A stretch of DNA of 64,000 bases. Source: Pseudomonadota bacterium. Lineage in GTDB: Bacteria > Pseudomonadota > Gammaproteobacteria > Burkholderiales > Methylophilaceae. Within the stretch, counting starts at the first letter, position 1, and each line of letters starts with the position of its first letter. Below the pieces are notes generated by a model. It had not been told where the DNA came from. It ran no database searches and saw nothing but the letters and a program-made list of their open reading frames with translations. The stretch is from assembly GCA_043779795.1 (NCBI GenBank), contig JAYWDO010000007.1, forward strand, positions 18,157 through 82,156, given 5' to 3'. Below, one piece after another: positions 1 to 12,500 of this stretch. A program made the position numbers and the translations under genes.

Positions 1-152
1 AGGTCGCCTCTTTAAATACATAATAGTTGAAATGAAATTATAAAAATTAGCTATAAACACTGAATTAAGTACCCGATAATATTCAGTGAATTTTAATCCG
101 CTCAGACTCATTTAACCAGATTAAGCAACTGACAAACTAGGAGCTACATATA

Positions 153-845
153 TTGAAGCACTCTGAATTTCATCGTACACATCACATAGGTTGGTTGCGC
201 GCTGCGGTGCTTGGCGCTAACGATGGGCTGGTATCAACAGCTAGCTTAGTGATTGGGATTGCCTCTGCACATGCAGCGCATAGCACTATTCTACTAACGG
301 GTGTGGCTGGCTTAGTTTCTGGCACCATGGCAATGGCCGCTGGTGAATATGTTTCAGTTAGTTCGCAAGCTGATACCGAAAATGCAGATTTAGCACGAGA
401 GCGTCTAGAACTTGAAACAGATAAAGATCATGAGCTTTTAGAGCTGACTAATATTTATATTCAGCGAGGCTTAACGCCGGCGTTGGCACATCAAGTGGCG
501 GTGCAGTTCACTGCACACGATGCACTTAGCGCACACGCGCGGGATGAACTAGGCATTACAGAAACACTCAATGCACGCCCTATTCAGGCTGCAATGGCTT
601 CTGCAAGCACTTTTTCGGTAGGCGCCGCCTTACCTTTATTAGTCGTTTTACTTGCACCTGTTGCGCTTATCGTACCTTACGTCGGAGGAATGTCGCTTTT
701 GTTTTTAGCTGGATTAGGAGCTTTAGCGGCTAAAGTGGGTGGTGCCAAAATATGGCTTGGTATGATGCGTGTGGCATTTTTGGGTGCGCTAGCAATGGCT
801 ATTACGGCTGGTGTTGGTAGTTTATTTGGCGTTGCTGCGGCATAA
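153..845 (+). CDS. VIT1/CCC1 family Fe/Mn transporter
   Basis: WLRAAVLGANDGLVST and MAAGEYVSVSSQAD motifs typical of VIT1/CCC1; hydrophobic helices; AGGAG before a TTG start. Confidence 0.93.
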   Translation: MKHSEFHRTHHIGWLRAAVLGANDGLVSTASLVIGIASAHAAHSTILLTGVAGLVSGTMAMAAGEYVSVSSQADTENADLARERLELETDKDHELLELTNIYIQRGLTPALAHQVAVQFTAHDALSAHARDELGITETLNARPIQAAMASASTFSVGAALPLLVVLLAPVALIVPYVGGMSLLFLAGLGALAAKVGGAKIWLGMMRVAFLGALAMAITAGVGSLFGVAAA

Positions 846-895
846 GCTGGCGATTAAAACTATCATAAAATGACTATTTTGGGTAGCGATAGATA

Positions 896-925
896 GCAAA
901 AAGGCAGCGAAAGCTGCCTTTTTGC
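896..925. terminator. Bidirectional intrinsic terminator between convergent VIT1 gene and ppa
   Basis: GCAAAAAGGCAGC-GAAA-GCTGCCTTTTTGC perfect hairpin with A/T tails on both sides. Confidence 0.85.
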
Positions 926-968
926 ACATAGCGATTAATCTCTAAGCCAACTTAAAATTCAAGCTCAC

Positions 969-1517
969 TTAAAATGCTGGTTTTACTTTTGCATTATTAT
1001 AGTTTTCTACACCTTCAAGAATTTCTTTTTTGGCTTGCTCAATATCACCCCAACCATTGATCTTTACCCACTTGCCTTTATCTAAATCTTTGTAATGCTC
1101 AAAGAAGTGAGCAATCATATTTAAGCGCCACTCTGAAACATCAGTATGTGATTTCAAATGACCATATAAACCACAAACTTTTTCGACCGGCACAGCAAGC
1201 ACTTTGGCATCCATGCCAGCTTCGTCTTCCATCATCAACACACCTAATGGGCGGCAGCGCACTACTACACCTGGAATCAGTGGTACTGGCGTCATTACAA
1301 GCACATCAACAGGGTCGCCATCGTCAGCCAATGTATGTGGCACATAACCGTAGTTGGTTGGATATTGCATCGCTGTACCCATAAAACGGTCTACAAAAAT
1401 CGCGCCGCTTTCTTTGTCCACTTCATACTTAACAGGATCACCCTGCATCGGGATTTCAATGATGACGTTAAAGTCATTTGGCACATCTTTACCGGTTGGC
1501 ACTTGGTTTAATGACAT
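969..1517 (-). CDS. ppa: Inorganic pyrophosphatase (family I)
   Basis: DGDPVDV active-site motif, [15 protein letters not shown]. Confidence 0.97.
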   Translation of the reverse strand: MSLNQVPTGKDVPNDFNVIIEIPMQGDPVKYEVDKESGAIFVDRFMGTAMQYPTNYGYVPHTLADDGDPVDVLVMTPVPLIPGVVVRCRPLGVLMMEDEAGMDAKVLAVPVEKVCGLYGHLKSHTDVSEWRLNMIAHFFEHYKDLDKGKWVKINGWGDIEQAKKEILEGVENYNNAKVKPAF

Positions 1518-1621
1518 TGCTAATTCCTAAATAATAAAAATATGGTTAATTTTGAGCCGCAATTATAGCAAGCATCGCACAAGATAATAGTAAAAAAATA
1601 CTAGCAGCTAACTACTGAATG

Positions 1622-1906
1622 TTAACTTTGGTTTACTTGTACTTGTTCGCGGCAAGTTTGTATGACTTCTTTAGGAATAAATAGCAATGCAATGTAGACT
1701 AAAACTGGAATAATCACCACGTCATCAAGTTGGCCAAACACCGGAATAAAGTCTGGAATCAGATCAAAAGGTAGCAGTAAATAGCCAATGGCTAGACCTA
1801 AAAGAACTTTAGCTAGCCATGGCGTTTGTGGATGCTTAAGCACCAGTCGGTAAACTTCAAACTCTTGTTTGAGATGTTTAGTAAATGACTTTAGCTTATC
1901 AATCAT
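1622..1906 (-). CDS. YkvA/DUF1232 family membrane protein
   Basis: YLLLPFDLIPDFIPVFGQLDD signature. Confidence 0.88.
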   Translation of the reverse strand: MIDKLKSFTKHLKQEFEVYRLVLKHPQTPWLAKVLLGLAIGYLLLPFDLIPDFIPVFGQLDDVVIIPVLVYIALLFIPKEVIQTCREQVQVNQS

Positions 1907-1951
1907 GTTATTTGCACGACTTATTTTTAGACTGAAAATTAAGCAAGCGAC

Positions 1952-2863
1952 TTAAGCTATCAGTGGGCGACCAGTCAATCGTTCAAATGCTTCCATATAT
2001 TTTTCGCTCGTTTTCTGCGCTACGTCCGCTGGCAATGCTGGAGCTGGTGCTGTTTTATTCCATCCAGTGCTTTCTAGCCAGTCACGTACAAACTGTTTAT
2101 CGTAACTTGGCGGATTACTGCCAACCGCATAGCTATCTGCAGGCCAAAAACGTGATGAATCTGGCGTTAACACTTCATCCATCACATGAAGCACACCGTT
2201 AGTATCTAAACCAAACTCAAATTTTGTATCTGCAATGATAATGCCGCGAGTAATCGCATACTCTGCAGCTTGCTTGTATAAGGCAATAGCAACCTTTGCC
2301 ACTTGCTCAGCCATGTTACTTCCAATTAAATCTGCACATTGCTGCAAGCTAATGTTCTCATCATGCTCGCCTACTGCGGCTTTGCTTGAAGGAGTGAAAA
2401 TTGGGGTTGGCAATTTTGAGGCTTCTTGTAAGCCCTTTGGCAATTGAATACCACAGACCGTACCTTTAGCTTGGTATTCTTTCCAACCACTGCCGACTAA
2501 ATATCCTCGAACAATAGCCTCTATCGGTAACGCTTTGAGCTTTTTTACCACAACTGCCCGGCTTAAATTTCCAACACCTAATTGCGCTTGCTCTTCAGGA
2601 TTTTTAACCACGCTATTCGGGTCAATACCAGTCAAATGATTAGGCACGATATCTTTAAGTTTTTCGAACCAAAAATTGGCCATCTGCGTCAACATAGCGC
2701 CTTTATTAGCAATGCCTGTAGGCAATATCACATCAAACGCTGATAACCTATCTGTACTAACCAGCAGCATCGTATCAGCATCAATATCGTAAATATCACG
2801 CACTTTGCCTTGATGTATACGCTTTAAACTTTGAATGCTGGTTTCTAATAACGGTGTGTTCAT
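1952..2863 (-). CDS. purC: SAICAR synthetase
   Basis: GKVRDIY, DRLSAFD, ADTKFEFG, DEVLTPDSSRFW, DKQFVRDWL. Start moved to ATG 2863 (MNTPLL) because a minus-strand TATAAT lies at 2907-2912. Confidence 0.96.
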   Translation of the reverse strand: MNTPLLETSIQSLKRIHQGKVRDIYDIDADTMLLVSTDRLSAFDVILPTGIANKGAMLTQMANFWFEKLKDIVPNHLTGIDPNSVVKNPEEQAQLGVGNLSRAVVVKKLKALPIEAIVRGYLVGSGWKEYQAKGTVCGIQLPKGLQEASKLPTPIFTPSSKAAVGEHDENISLQQCADLIGSNMAEQVAKVAIALYKQAAEYAITRGIIIADTKFEFGLDTNGVLHVMDEVLTPDSSRFWPADSYAVGSNPPSYDKQFVRDWLESTGWNKTAPAPALPADVAQKTSEKYMEAFERLTGRPLIA

Positions 2864-2958
2864 AGTGTTTAACTCTAGAGTTAGCGGGCTAAAATACAAG
2901 GAATTCATTATAAAGGCCTGTTTCAGTTTTAGCCATTTTTAACGCAATTCACACTAAC

Positions 2959-4395
2959 TTATCCCTGCTTAATAGCACCTATCTTAACGATCTTGAGTGT
3001 ATTAGTACCGCCAGGAGTGCCAATGGGCTCACCAAATGTGAGCAACACCAAATCGTTTGGGTTCACAACTTCTTGTTGTAGTAAAACTTGCTCCATTTCC
3101 TGTAAAACCTCGTCCTTATTTTTGTTGTCTTGACTAATTGGATAAGGATAAACACCACGATGTAAGGTGAGCTTTCTGCGCGCATATTTATCTGGAGATA
3201 ATGCGTAAATAGGCACTTCAGCATCCGCGCGTGATAGCCATTGCGCAGCATTACCAGATTGCGTTAATGCCGCAATAGCCTTTACTTTAAAGTGTTTAGC
3301 GGTATAGATTGCCGCAGCAGCAATGGTTTCATCAGTACGAACAAACACTTCATCTGACTTCTGTGCATGATATTGGCTAAGATATTCTTTTTCGGCCTCC
3401 ATCACTACGCGATGCACCGCTTGCACAGTTTCTAATGGGTATTGACCAGCCGCTGTTTCAGCAGATAACATGACTGCATCGGTACCATCTAAGACAGCAT
3501 TAGCAACATCAGATACTTCTGCACGTGTTGGAATTGGGCAGCTAATCATCGACTCCATCATTTGCGTAGCCGTAATCACTAATTTATTCTGTGTGCGAGC
3601 CATGCGAATCATACGTTTTTGTAAGCCTGGCACTGCAGCGTCGCCGACTTCAACACCCAAATCACCACGTGCCACCATAATGGCATCAGACGCTTCGATA
3701 ATCGACTCTAGGTTCTCAATCGCCTCTGCGCGCTCGATTTTGGCAATAATACTTGCAGTGCCTCCTGCTTTTTTAATTAAGCTACGTGCAAGCTCAACAT
3801 CAGCGGCTGATTTTGGAAATGAGATTGCAATATAGTCGGCCTCAAGCTTGACCGCAGTAAGAATATCTTCCCGATCTTTCTTAGTAAGTGCATCAGCAGA
3901 TAAACCACCACCTTGGCGATTGATGCCTTTATTATTACTGAGAATACCGCCACTTAACACTACACAATGAATTTGATTGCCTTTCACTCGATCAACTTGC
4001 ATGGTAATACGACCATCATCCAACAATAAAACTACACCTTCCTTTACCTCTTGCGGCAAGGTTTTATAATCCAAGCCTACATGATCTTGATTACCCAATT
4101 CGCAATCGGCATCCAGTACAAATAAATCACCCATTTTTAAGATAATTTTACCTAACTCAAATTTACCAATGCGAATTTTAGGGCCTTGTAAATCACATAA
4201 CACGCCAATTGGCCGGTTCAATTTAGCCGCAATTGCACGGACTATTTCTGCCCGCTTAATATGATCTTCAGCACTGCCATGTGAAAAATTCAGTCGCACG
4301 ACGTTCACGCCTGCGGTAATCATGCGCGCCAGCATCTCTTCACTGCTTGATGAAGGGCCTAATGTTGCAACAATTTTTGTTTTACGTAAGGTCAA
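2959..4395 (-). CDS. pyk: Pyruvate kinase
   Basis: RKTKIVATLGP, RLNFSHG, DLQGPKIR, MVARGDLGVE, ATQMMESM. Confidence 0.97.
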   Translation of the reverse strand: MTLRKTKIVATLGPSSSSEEMLARMITAGVNVVRLNFSHGSAEDHIKRAEIVRAIAAKLNRPIGVLCDLQGPKIRIGKFELGKIILKMGDLFVLDADCELGNQDHVGLDYKTLPQEVKEGVVLLLDDGRITMQVDRVKGNQIHCVVLSGGILSNNKGINRQGGGLSADALTKKDREDILTAVKLEADYIAISFPKSAADVELARSLIKKAGGTASIIAKIERAEAIENLESIIEASDAIMVARGDLGVEVGDAAVPGLQKRMIRMARTQNKLVITATQMMESMISCPIPTRAEVSDVANAVLDGTDAVMLSAETAAGQYPLETVQAVHRVVMEAEKEYLSQYHAQKSDEVFVRTDETIAAAAIYTAKHFKVKAIAALTQSGNAAQWLSRADAEVPIYALSPDKYARRKLTLHRGVYPYPISQDNKNKDEVLQEMEQVLLQQEVVNPNDLVLLTFGEPIGTPGGTNTLKIVKIGAIKQG

Positions 4396-4484
4396 TCTAA
4401 AACCCTTTTTCTTTCATTTATCTATTTTAGCTACAAATAAAAATGGGCCAAAAGCCTCATTTTAAAGAGCCAAAGTGTAGGCTA

Positions 4485-5666
4485 TTAATTTTTCGCGCGT
4501 AATTCTAAAATCTCAACAGCTGGCAGTTTCTTGCCTTCTAAAAACTCTAAAAATGCACCACCTGCGGTTGAAATGTAATCAATCTTGTTTTCAATCCCAT
4601 ATTTTTGAATGGCGGCAATCGTGTCACCGCCGCCAGCCAATGTAAATGCCTTTGTGTTTGCAATAGCATTAGCAATGGTTTTTGTACCCTCACCAAATTG
4701 ATCAAACTCAAAAACCCCTACAGGACCATTCCATACAACAGTGCCTGCATTTTTAATGATCTCTGCTATTTCATTAGCAGATTTCGCGCCAATATCAAAA
4801 ATCATATCGTCAACTGCCACAGCAGCCACGTCTTTCTTGACTGCGGTCTCATTTGCATCAAACTTTTTAGCGCAAACAACATCTACTGCAATCGGTACCG
4901 CTGCACCTCTTTGAGCCATTTTTTCCATTAAAGTGCGTGCAACTGGCACTAAATCATCTTCACAAAGCGATTTGCCAACTTCAAAACCTGCTGCTTTTAA
5001 AAAGGTATTCGCAATACCTCCTCCAACCACCATTTGATCGACTTTATCTGACAGACTTTCTAGCACTGTTAGCTTAGTAGAAACTTTACTACCACCCACA
5101 ATTGCAACCATTGGGCGCGCTGGGCTCAATAACGCTTTGGTGAGTGCTTCTAATTCATTCACCAACAAAATACCAGCAGCAGCGATTGGTGCAAACTTAG
5201 CCACGCCGTATGTTGAAGCTTCTGCACGGTGCGCAGTGCCAAAAGCATCCATCACAAATATATCGCAGAGTTTTGCATACTTTTGTGACAACTCGTCGGT
5301 GTTCTTTTTTTCACCTTTGTTAAATCGGCAATTCTCCAACACCACAAGTTCACCAACAGCTACTTCAAAACCACCATCCACCCAATCTTTGATCAGGCGA
5401 ACTTTAGTATTTAGTTTGGCCGAAATCACATCAACCACAGGCTGGAGTGAGTTCTCTGCAGAATAAATACCCTCATCAGGACGACCTAGATGCGAAGTTA
5501 CCATGACTTTTGCACCTGCTTTTAGCGCAAAATCAATCGTTGCCATAGAAGCAGTAATACGTGCATCAGATGTCACTTTGCCATCCGCCACTGGCACATT
5601 AAGATCAGCGCGAATAAATACGCGTTTGCCGCTTAAATCTAAATCCGTCATTTTAATTACGTTCAT
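4485..5666 (-). CDS. pgk: Phosphoglycerate kinase
   Basis: [45 protein letters not shown]; start 5666 (ATG) or 5672 (TTG). Confidence 0.97.
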   Translation of the reverse strand: MNVIKMTDLDLSGKRVFIRADLNVPVADGKVTSDARITASMATIDFALKAGAKVMVTSHLGRPDEGIYSAENSLQPVVDVISAKLNTKVRLIKDWVDGGFEVAVGELVVLENCRFNKGEKKNTDELSQKYAKLCDIFVMDAFGTAHRAEASTYGVAKFAPIAAAGILLVNELEALTKALLSPARPMVAIVGGSKVSTKLTVLESLSDKVDQMVVGGGIANTFLKAAGFEVGKSLCEDDLVPVARTLMEKMAQRGAAVPIAVDVVCAKKFDANETAVKKDVAAVAVDDMIFDIGAKSANEIAEIIKNAGTVVWNGPVGVFEFDQFGEGTKTIANAIANTKAFTLAGGGDTIAAIQKYGIENKIDYISTAGGAFLEFLEGKKLPAVEILELRAKN

Positions 5667-5708
5667 CGCCAATGCCTTTTCTTGAAGAGTCTTTTTGCTT
5701 ATATGCGG

Positions 5709-5945
5709 TTAAGATTTAATCCAATAAAACTCGATTTCATCTTGATTACCCATGGCCTTCTCGATAATGTCGATTAAAGCAGCATCTGCACCACGCTCTT
5801 TAAGTGCACTGAGTGCCGCTCGATTAATGCGGTAGTCTTGGTTATTCTTATGCTGCCCTTCTAGCTCATCCGCAAGAAACTGTAGTTGAGCGTAACTTAT
5901 TGAGCCAATTCTACGATTGCTACTAATATCTTTAAGCGTAATCAT
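5709..5945 (-). CDS. Small hypothetical protein between gap and pgk
   Basis: 78-aa ORF with ATG filling the gap-pgk interval, co-oriented; resembles a small uncharacterised family (IGxIsxxQLQFLxDxLE...QDYxIN...GAD). Confidence 0.75.
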   Translation of the reverse strand: MITLKDISSNRRIGSISYAQLQFLADELEGQHKNNQDYRINRAALSALKERGADAALIDIIEKAMGNQDEIEFYWIKS

Positions 5946-5976
5946 CCATCTATTCCTATTTCAATAACTACAGCAA

Positions 5977-6996
5977 TTACTTGGCCGCCATCATCGCCAC
6001 AGCGTTATCTAACATACGGCAGCTAAAGCCCCACTCGTTGTCGTACCAAGCACAGACTTTAACTAACAAACCATCTTTAGTGACTTTAGTCAGCGTTGCA
6101 TCAAAATTAGACGAGAAAGCGGTATGGTTATAATCCACTGAAACTAATGGCGCTTCGTTATATGACAAAATACCTTTTAGCGGACCAGAATTAGCGGCCT
6201 CATGCATGATGTGGTTAATTTCTTCTTTGCTGGTTGGGCGCGCTGCAGTAAACGTTAAATCAACCAAAGAGACATTGATGGTTGGCACGCGAATGGCGAA
6301 ACCATCTAACTTGCCGTTTAGCTCAGGTAACACTAAACCCACTGCTGCTGCTGCACCTGTTTTGGTTGGAATCATTGAGGTTGTGGCAGAACGTGCACGA
6401 CGCATATCTGAGTGATGTGAATCTGTCAGCACTTGGTCATTGGTATATGAATGAATAGTATTCATCAGACCATTCACCACGCCGATTTTTTCGTGCAAGG
6501 GCTGAATCATTGGTGCTAAACCATTGGTGGTACAAGAAGCGTTAGAAACCACCGTGTGGTTTGCTTTAATTACTTGATGATTAACGCCATAAACAACGGT
6601 TGCATCAATATCTTTATCACCCGGCGCTGACAACAATACTTTTTTAGCGCCTGCATTAATATGCGCCTGCGCTTTAGCTTTACTATTAAAAGCACCAGTA
6701 CATTCAAACACAATATCAATCGCTAAATCACCCCATGGCAATTCAGCAGGATTACGCGTAGCAAAGGTTTTAATTTTATGGCTTTGGATGATCATATCAT
6801 CGCCATCTACACCCACTTCAAACGGAAACTTACCATGTGCACTATCATAACGTGTTAAATGTGCATTGCTTTCAGCATCGCCATCTGCACTGTTAATTGC
6901 AATAATCTCAATATCTTTGCGACCAGATTCATACAAAGCACGTAAAACCATGCGTCCAATACGACCATAACCATTAATTGCGACTCGAATTGCCAT
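5977..6996 (-). CDS. gap: Glyceraldehyde-3-phosphate dehydrogenase (type I)
   Basis: [15 protein letters not shown] catalytic Cys, WYDNEWGFS. Confidence 0.96.
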   Translation of the reverse strand: MAIRVAINGYGRIGRMVLRALYESGRKDIEIIAINSADGDAESNAHLTRYDSAHGKFPFEVGVDGDDMIIQSHKIKTFATRNPAELPWGDLAIDIVFECTGAFNSKAKAQAHINAGAKKVLLSAPGDKDIDATVVYGVNHQVIKANHTVVSNASCTTNGLAPMIQPLHEKIGVVNGLMNTIHSYTNDQVLTDSHHSDMRRARSATTSMIPTKTGAAAAVGLVLPELNGKLDGFAIRVPTINVSLVDLTFTAARPTSKEEINHIMHEAANSGPLKGILSYNEAPLVSVDYNHTAFSSNFDATLTKVTKDGLLVKVCAWYDNEWGFSCRMLDNAVAMMAAK

Positions 6997-7170
6997 GTTA
7001 ATTTCCCGTAAATGTGAATGTTACTAATATTATTTAGATAAGTTAAATGTTTAATACGCTTCAAAATACTTCATTAATTGTCATTTTACCGTAACAACTA
7101 GCTAAGTGATTTTTCTGTGCTGTAAATTTTTATTAACTTAAGTATAAAGTTAAGCTTATGCAACGCTACA

Positions 7171-7204
7171 AACATAAAGAGCCTCAATCGAGGCTCTTTA
7201 TGTT
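7171..7204 (-). terminator. Hairpin terminator downstream of tkt
   Basis: AACATAAAGAGCCTC-AATC-GAGGCTCTTTATGTT, 15-bp perfect stem just after the tkt stop. Confidence 0.8.
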
Positions 7205-7222
7205 GCTACAATTCAATCAATA

Positions 7223-9208
7223 TTAAAGCACCGATTTAACAGTAGCGACTACATTTTCAACAGTGAAACCAAAGTGTTTCAACAACACATTGCCTGGTGC
7301 AGATTCACCGAATGTATCAATACCAACAACGCCGCCTTCCAAACCTACATATTTGCGCCAGAAGTCAGTTACACCAGCTTCAACAGCCACGCGCACTACG
7401 CCTGGAGTCAATACGCTGTCTTTGTAAGCTTTATCTTGACGGTCAAATACATTGGTTGATGGCATTGAAACTACGCGCACTTTAGTACCCGCTGCATTCA
7501 ATTCAGCGGCTGCTTTAACCGCTAATTCAAGTTCTGAACCATTAGCAATAATAATAGCATCTGCTTTACCAGCCACGTCAGACAACACGTAACCACCTTT
7601 GCGCATTAGAGCAAACTGAGCCACATCATGCTTCATACCAGACACGTTCTGACGGCTTAATACTAGGCTAGATGGACCATTTTTACGCTCTACTGCTGAC
7701 ACCCAAGCCACTGCAGTTTCAGTTGAATTGCCTGGACGCCATACATCCATATTAGGAATTAAACGTAAACCAGAAGTATTTTCGATTGGTTGATGCGTAG
7801 GACCATCTTCACCTTGACCGATAGAATCATGCGTCAATACAGCAATAGTGCGCTGTTTCATCAATGCTGCCATACGCAATGCGCTCTTAGCGTAGTCAGA
7901 GAACATGTGAAATGTGCCGCCGAATGGTATTAAACCACCGTGCAATGCCATACCGTTCATAATTGCAAACATACCAAATTCACGTACGCCGTATGAAATG
8001 TAGTTACCTGGTTTTTTAGCATCAACATGCACAAAGCTGCTGCATGAAGTTAAGTTAGAGCCAGTTAAGTCAGCTGAACCACCTAAGAACTCAGGCAATA
8101 ATGGCGCTAATGCACCAATAATGTTTTGTGAAGCTTTACGTGTTGCAACTGTTTCAGCTTTTTCGTTAGTTGCCGCGATGATTGCATCAGTGGCTTCTTT
8201 CCAGTTAGCTGGCAATTCGCCAGTAGTACGGCGTTTAAATTCTGCTGCTTCAGCTGGATAAGCTAATGCATACGCTGCAAACTGAGCATCCCAAGCCGCT
8301 TCAGCAACTGCGCCTTTTTCGGTTGCATCCCAACCAGCATAAACATCTGCTGGAATTACAAATGGCTCATGCGGCCAGCCGATGTTAGCGCGTGTAGCTG
8401 CAACTTCTTCTAAACCTAATGCAGAACCGTGGCAATCATGTGAACCAGATTTGTTTGGTGAACCCATACCGATGACTGTTTTACAGCAAATCAATGATGG
8501 TTTGTCTGTCACTAATTTAGCAGCGGCAATTGCAGCGCCGATAGCAGCAACATCATGGCCATCTACTGATACCACATGCCAACCGTATGATTCAAAACGT
8601 TTAGCGGTATCATCTGTATACCAGCCTTCAATGTGACCATCGATAGAAATACCGTTGTCATCCCAGAATGCTGTTAATTTACCCAAGCCCCAAGTGCCAG
8701 CTAGCGCACAAGCTTCGTGAGAAACGCCTTCCATCATGCAACCATCGCCTAAGAACACGTAAGTGTTGTGATCCACAACATGATGGCCTGGCTTGTTGAA
8801 TTGGCTAGCTAATAATTTTTCAGCCATTGCAAAACCAACACCATTAGCAATACCTTGACCTAATGGGCCAGTCGTTGTTTCGATGCCTGGCGCATAGCCA
8901 TATTCTGGGTGACCAGCACATTTTGAATGTAATTGACGGAATGTTTTGATTTCGTCCATTGGCAATGCATAACCTGTCAGGTGTAGCAATGAATAGATCA
9001 ACATTGAACCGTGACCATTAGATAGTACAAAACGATCGCGGTTTGCCCACTCAGGATTTTTTGGATTATGGCTTAAATGGTGATTCCAAAGCTCTTCAGC
9101 AATTTCTGCCATGCCCATAGGCGCGCCTGGGTGACCAGAGTTAGCTTTCTGTACCGCATCCATAGATAACGCACGGATTGCGTTGGCTAGGTCTTTACGT
9201 GTTGCCAT
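7223..9208 (-). CDS. tkt: Transketolase
   Basis: [30 protein letters not shown] ThDP motif, [16 protein letters not shown]. Confidence 0.98.
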   Translation of the reverse strand: MATRKDLANAIRALSMDAVQKANSGHPGAPMGMAEIAEELWNHHLSHNPKNPEWANRDRFVLSNGHGSMLIYSLLHLTGYALPMDEIKTFRQLHSKCAGHPEYGYAPGIETTTGPLGQGIANGVGFAMAEKLLASQFNKPGHHVVDHNTYVFLGDGCMMEGVSHEACALAGTWGLGKLTAFWDDNGISIDGHIEGWYTDDTAKRFESYGWHVVSVDGHDVAAIGAAIAAAKLVTDKPSLICCKTVIGMGSPNKSGSHDCHGSALGLEEVAATRANIGWPHEPFVIPADVYAGWDATEKGAVAEAAWDAQFAAYALAYPAEAAEFKRRTTGELPANWKEATDAIIAATNEKAETVATRKASQNIIGALAPLLPEFLGGSADLTGSNLTSCSSFVHVDAKKPGNYISYGVREFGMFAIMNGMALHGGLIPFGGTFHMFSDYAKSALRMAALMKQRTIAVLTHDSIGQGEDGPTHQPIENTSGLRLIPNMDVWRPGNSTETAVAWVSAVERKNGPSSLVLSRQNVSGMKHDVAQFALMRKGGYVLSDVAGKADAIIIANGSELELAVKAAAELNAAGTKVRVVSMPSTNVFDRQDKAYKDSVLTPGVVRVAVEAGVTDFWRKYVGLEGGVVGIDTFGESAPGNVLLKHFGFTVENVVATVKSVL

Positions 9209-9259
9209 AGTTTTGCTCCCTAATGATTAGCTGAGGCTTCAACGATTTAATTAATAAGC

Positions 9260-9272
9260 TATCAACTACTTA
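9260..9272 (+). promoter_or_regulatory. Possible IHF site in the tkt / NRPS divergent region
   Basis: TATCAACTACTTA matches WATCAANNNNTTR exactly, but this is a short motif in AT-rich DNA. Confidence 0.3.
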
Positions 9273-9559
9273 CAATGATGTCTTATAGAATATCGTATGA
9301 AACCTTGATTGAATTCTTAAAAAAGTGAGTTTTAAACCGCTTTTTTACAAAGGTTAAATTATTGCTTAAATAGCCTTTTTCGGCAAGCGCTACAACACTA
9401 AATAACAGGACAATGCATAAGCTTTCAGCTCAAAAATTATCTAGTCGCAAAATACATATATTGAACTAAAAATGCATCCGTACAAATTTATGCTTGCTTA
9501 AACTATAATGCCAATCTTACAGTTGCTTGAATAACCCGCAAATTAACAACAGAAAAGCC

Positions 9560-12500
9560 ATGTCTACACCCAATATAATTGACGCTACATCCAGCCTTCT
9601 ATTTGGCCCTATTCGAGCCGACTTGATTCGCACAGAAACACTCGCCGACATTTTTGAAGCGTCAGCTAAACTTCATCCGCAACACACTGCGCTTATTTTT
9701 GAAGAACGCTCAGTTAGCTACAGTCAACTAAATGAGCTGAGTGATATTGCAGCTTCTAGACTTATAGAAGATGGTATTCTGCCTGGACAGATTGTTGGAT
9801 TGTGGCTACCACGTGGAATAAATCTATTGGTGATGCAACTTAGCATTGCAAAAGCAGGTGCTGCCTGGTTACCTTTTGATGCGGACACACCAATTGATCG
9901 TATTGAAATCTGCTTAAGTGACGCAAATGCCGCAGGCCTGGTTAGTTGTGATGCTTTTTTACCAAAATTACAAGAGTTATCTGCTAAAAGCTGGGTTGCA
10001 GAGCAATTGTTTTTGCCAACCCAAGCACCGCGAACTAGGCGTAGTGGCTTATTGCCAGAACACCCCGCCTATGTGATTTACACTTCTGGCTCCACTGGAA
10101 AACCAAAAGGCATTCAGATCAATCAAGGCGCAATTTGCCACTTTTTACGCAGTGAAAATAGTCAGCTTGGCATTCAGAAATCTGATCGTGTTTACCAAGG
10201 CTTTTCTGTTGCGTTTGACATGTCATTTGAAGAAATTTGGATTAGTTATTTAGTTGGTGCGACACTTTGGATCGCACCAAAAGAAATCGCTACCGACCCT
10301 GAAGCGCTGCCGCTTGCTTTAATTGAGCATCAGATTACGGTACTTCACGCAGTGCCAACCCTTCTGGCATTATTTAGTAAAGACTTACCAAATCTTCGAA
10401 TTATCAATCTCGGCGGCGAAGCTTGTCCAGAAACATTGGCTAACCGCTGGGCCAGGTCAGAGCGCAAACTATTCAACACTTATGGGCCAACTGAAGCAAC
10501 CGTCTCAGCCAGTTTAGCCGAATTACATGCAGGCGAACAAGTTACCATTGGTCGCCCTTTACCTAATTATGTACTACTTGTTATAGACCCGGAACCAACG
10601 CACAGCTTGCGTTTATTGCCGCGCGGAGAAACTGGCGAATTATGTATCAGCGGCCCAGGCGTAGCCATGGGCTATCTCGGGCGACCAGACCTGACAGCTG
10701 AAAAATTTATTAGTAACCCATTTACCATCGGCCTGCATGATAAAAGGCTCTATCGTACTGGCGACCTTGCGCGAATTGACGAGGCTGGGAACGTACAATG
10801 CCTTGGCAGAACTGATGACCAAGTCAAGATTCGTGGTTTCAGAGTCGAACTTGGTGAAATCGAAGCTACGCTCTGTCAACAGCCAAATATTGGCACCGCA
10901 GCGGTTATTCTGCGCAAAGATGACGACATCGAACGTTTGATTGCTTACCTGATTACCGAAGATAAATCTGTCCCAATATTAACGGATTTGCGTGCCGCAT
11001 TGGCCGAAACCCTTCCCCCTTACATGGTGCCAAGCCATTTTGAAGCACTGCAAGAGATGCCGCGCCTGACTTCTGGTAAAATTGACAGAAAGGCGCTACG
11101 AGCCTTGCCACTGAAGATAGTAAGCGCTTGCAATGACGATGCCGACACACCAGAAAACCTAGCTGAAGAAGTGCTTTTTGCAGAATTAGCCAAGCTTTTT
11201 CCCGGGCAAGCAATATTGCGTGAAGCTGACTTCTTTTCGGGCTTGGGCGGCCACTCATTACTCGCAGCACGCTTAGCATCTGCATTGCGAAATACGCCTC
11301 AATTTTCAAGCTTTACCGTGCGAGATATTTACCAGCATCGCCAAATTGGCAAAATCGCGGAGATTCTCAACGACATTCCAATTGAGTTACCACCAGCCGA
11401 ACCCACTTGGATTCCGCCTTCTACATACAAACGTTGGCTATGCGGCACAGCACAAGCCTTTTTAGTGCCCGGCTTAGTATTGCTACGCATGTCGCAATGG
11501 CTAGCCTCATTCTTTACCTATCATTTTTTTACTGGTGATCCTAGCGATTCAATTGCAGAAGCGATGGCGGCCACTGTTGGCATTTTTCTACTTGCCACGG
11601 CATTGAGTTTTGCGGTTGCCATTGCAGGCAAATGGCTTATTGCTGGCCGCCTCAAGGCTGGTCGCTATCCATTATGGGGCGTCACCTATTTTCGCTGGTG
11701 GCTGGCAGATCGTTTAATTGAGGGCGCTCCGCTCTATATGCTTGGCGGCTCGACACTATATGTATGGTGGCTACGTGCTTTAGGCGCTAAAATCGGCAAA
11801 GAAGTAAACATAGGCTCACTTACCCTGCGTGCGCACGATTTGCTAAGCATTGCAGATGGCGTGAGCATTGGCAATGCCGTTAATTTAGAAAATGCACGGG
11901 TAGAACATGGCGAACTGATATTAGGCCATATCATTTTGGCGGAAGAAGCCTGTATAGACTCTTATGCTGTGCTTGAAGGAAATACTAGCGTTGGCAAGTA
12001 TGGTCATGTTGAGGGATTGTCAGCGTTAAGTGATGGCATGCAAGTACCGCCGGCAAGAATTTGGAGCGGCTCACCCGCGCGCGACATTGGCGCTTTTGAC
12101 GTTACAGCGCAAGCGCCACGACCAGCAGTGACTAGCGTTCGACTTTTTAGCGAATCATTATTTTTCATCTTTGGCGTATTGGCAACAGCCATGTTATTTT
12201 TCATCCCAGTGTTTCCAAGCATGGTGTTAATCGACTGGGTAGATGAAAACTCTTCATGGCTAGACCATAGCGATACGGCATTACAATTGTTTAAATATTT
12301 CGCGCTCGCGTTCCCGGCAACTGCGGTGCTGATTATCTGCACCGCACTCATTTCTGCTGGGCTACGTTGGGCTGTTTTAATGCGATTAAAAGCTGGCCGT
12401 TGGCCAGTACATAGCAATGTGTATTGCAGACGATGGCTAGTCAACCAAATTCAGGAGTCGAGCCTCAACATTCTGCACGGTGTTTATGCCACAGTATATG

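Noticed and set aside
6997-7160. HexR-type operator upstream of gap
   Set aside because: Only partial TGT...ACA matches in very AT-rich DNA; spacing does not fit
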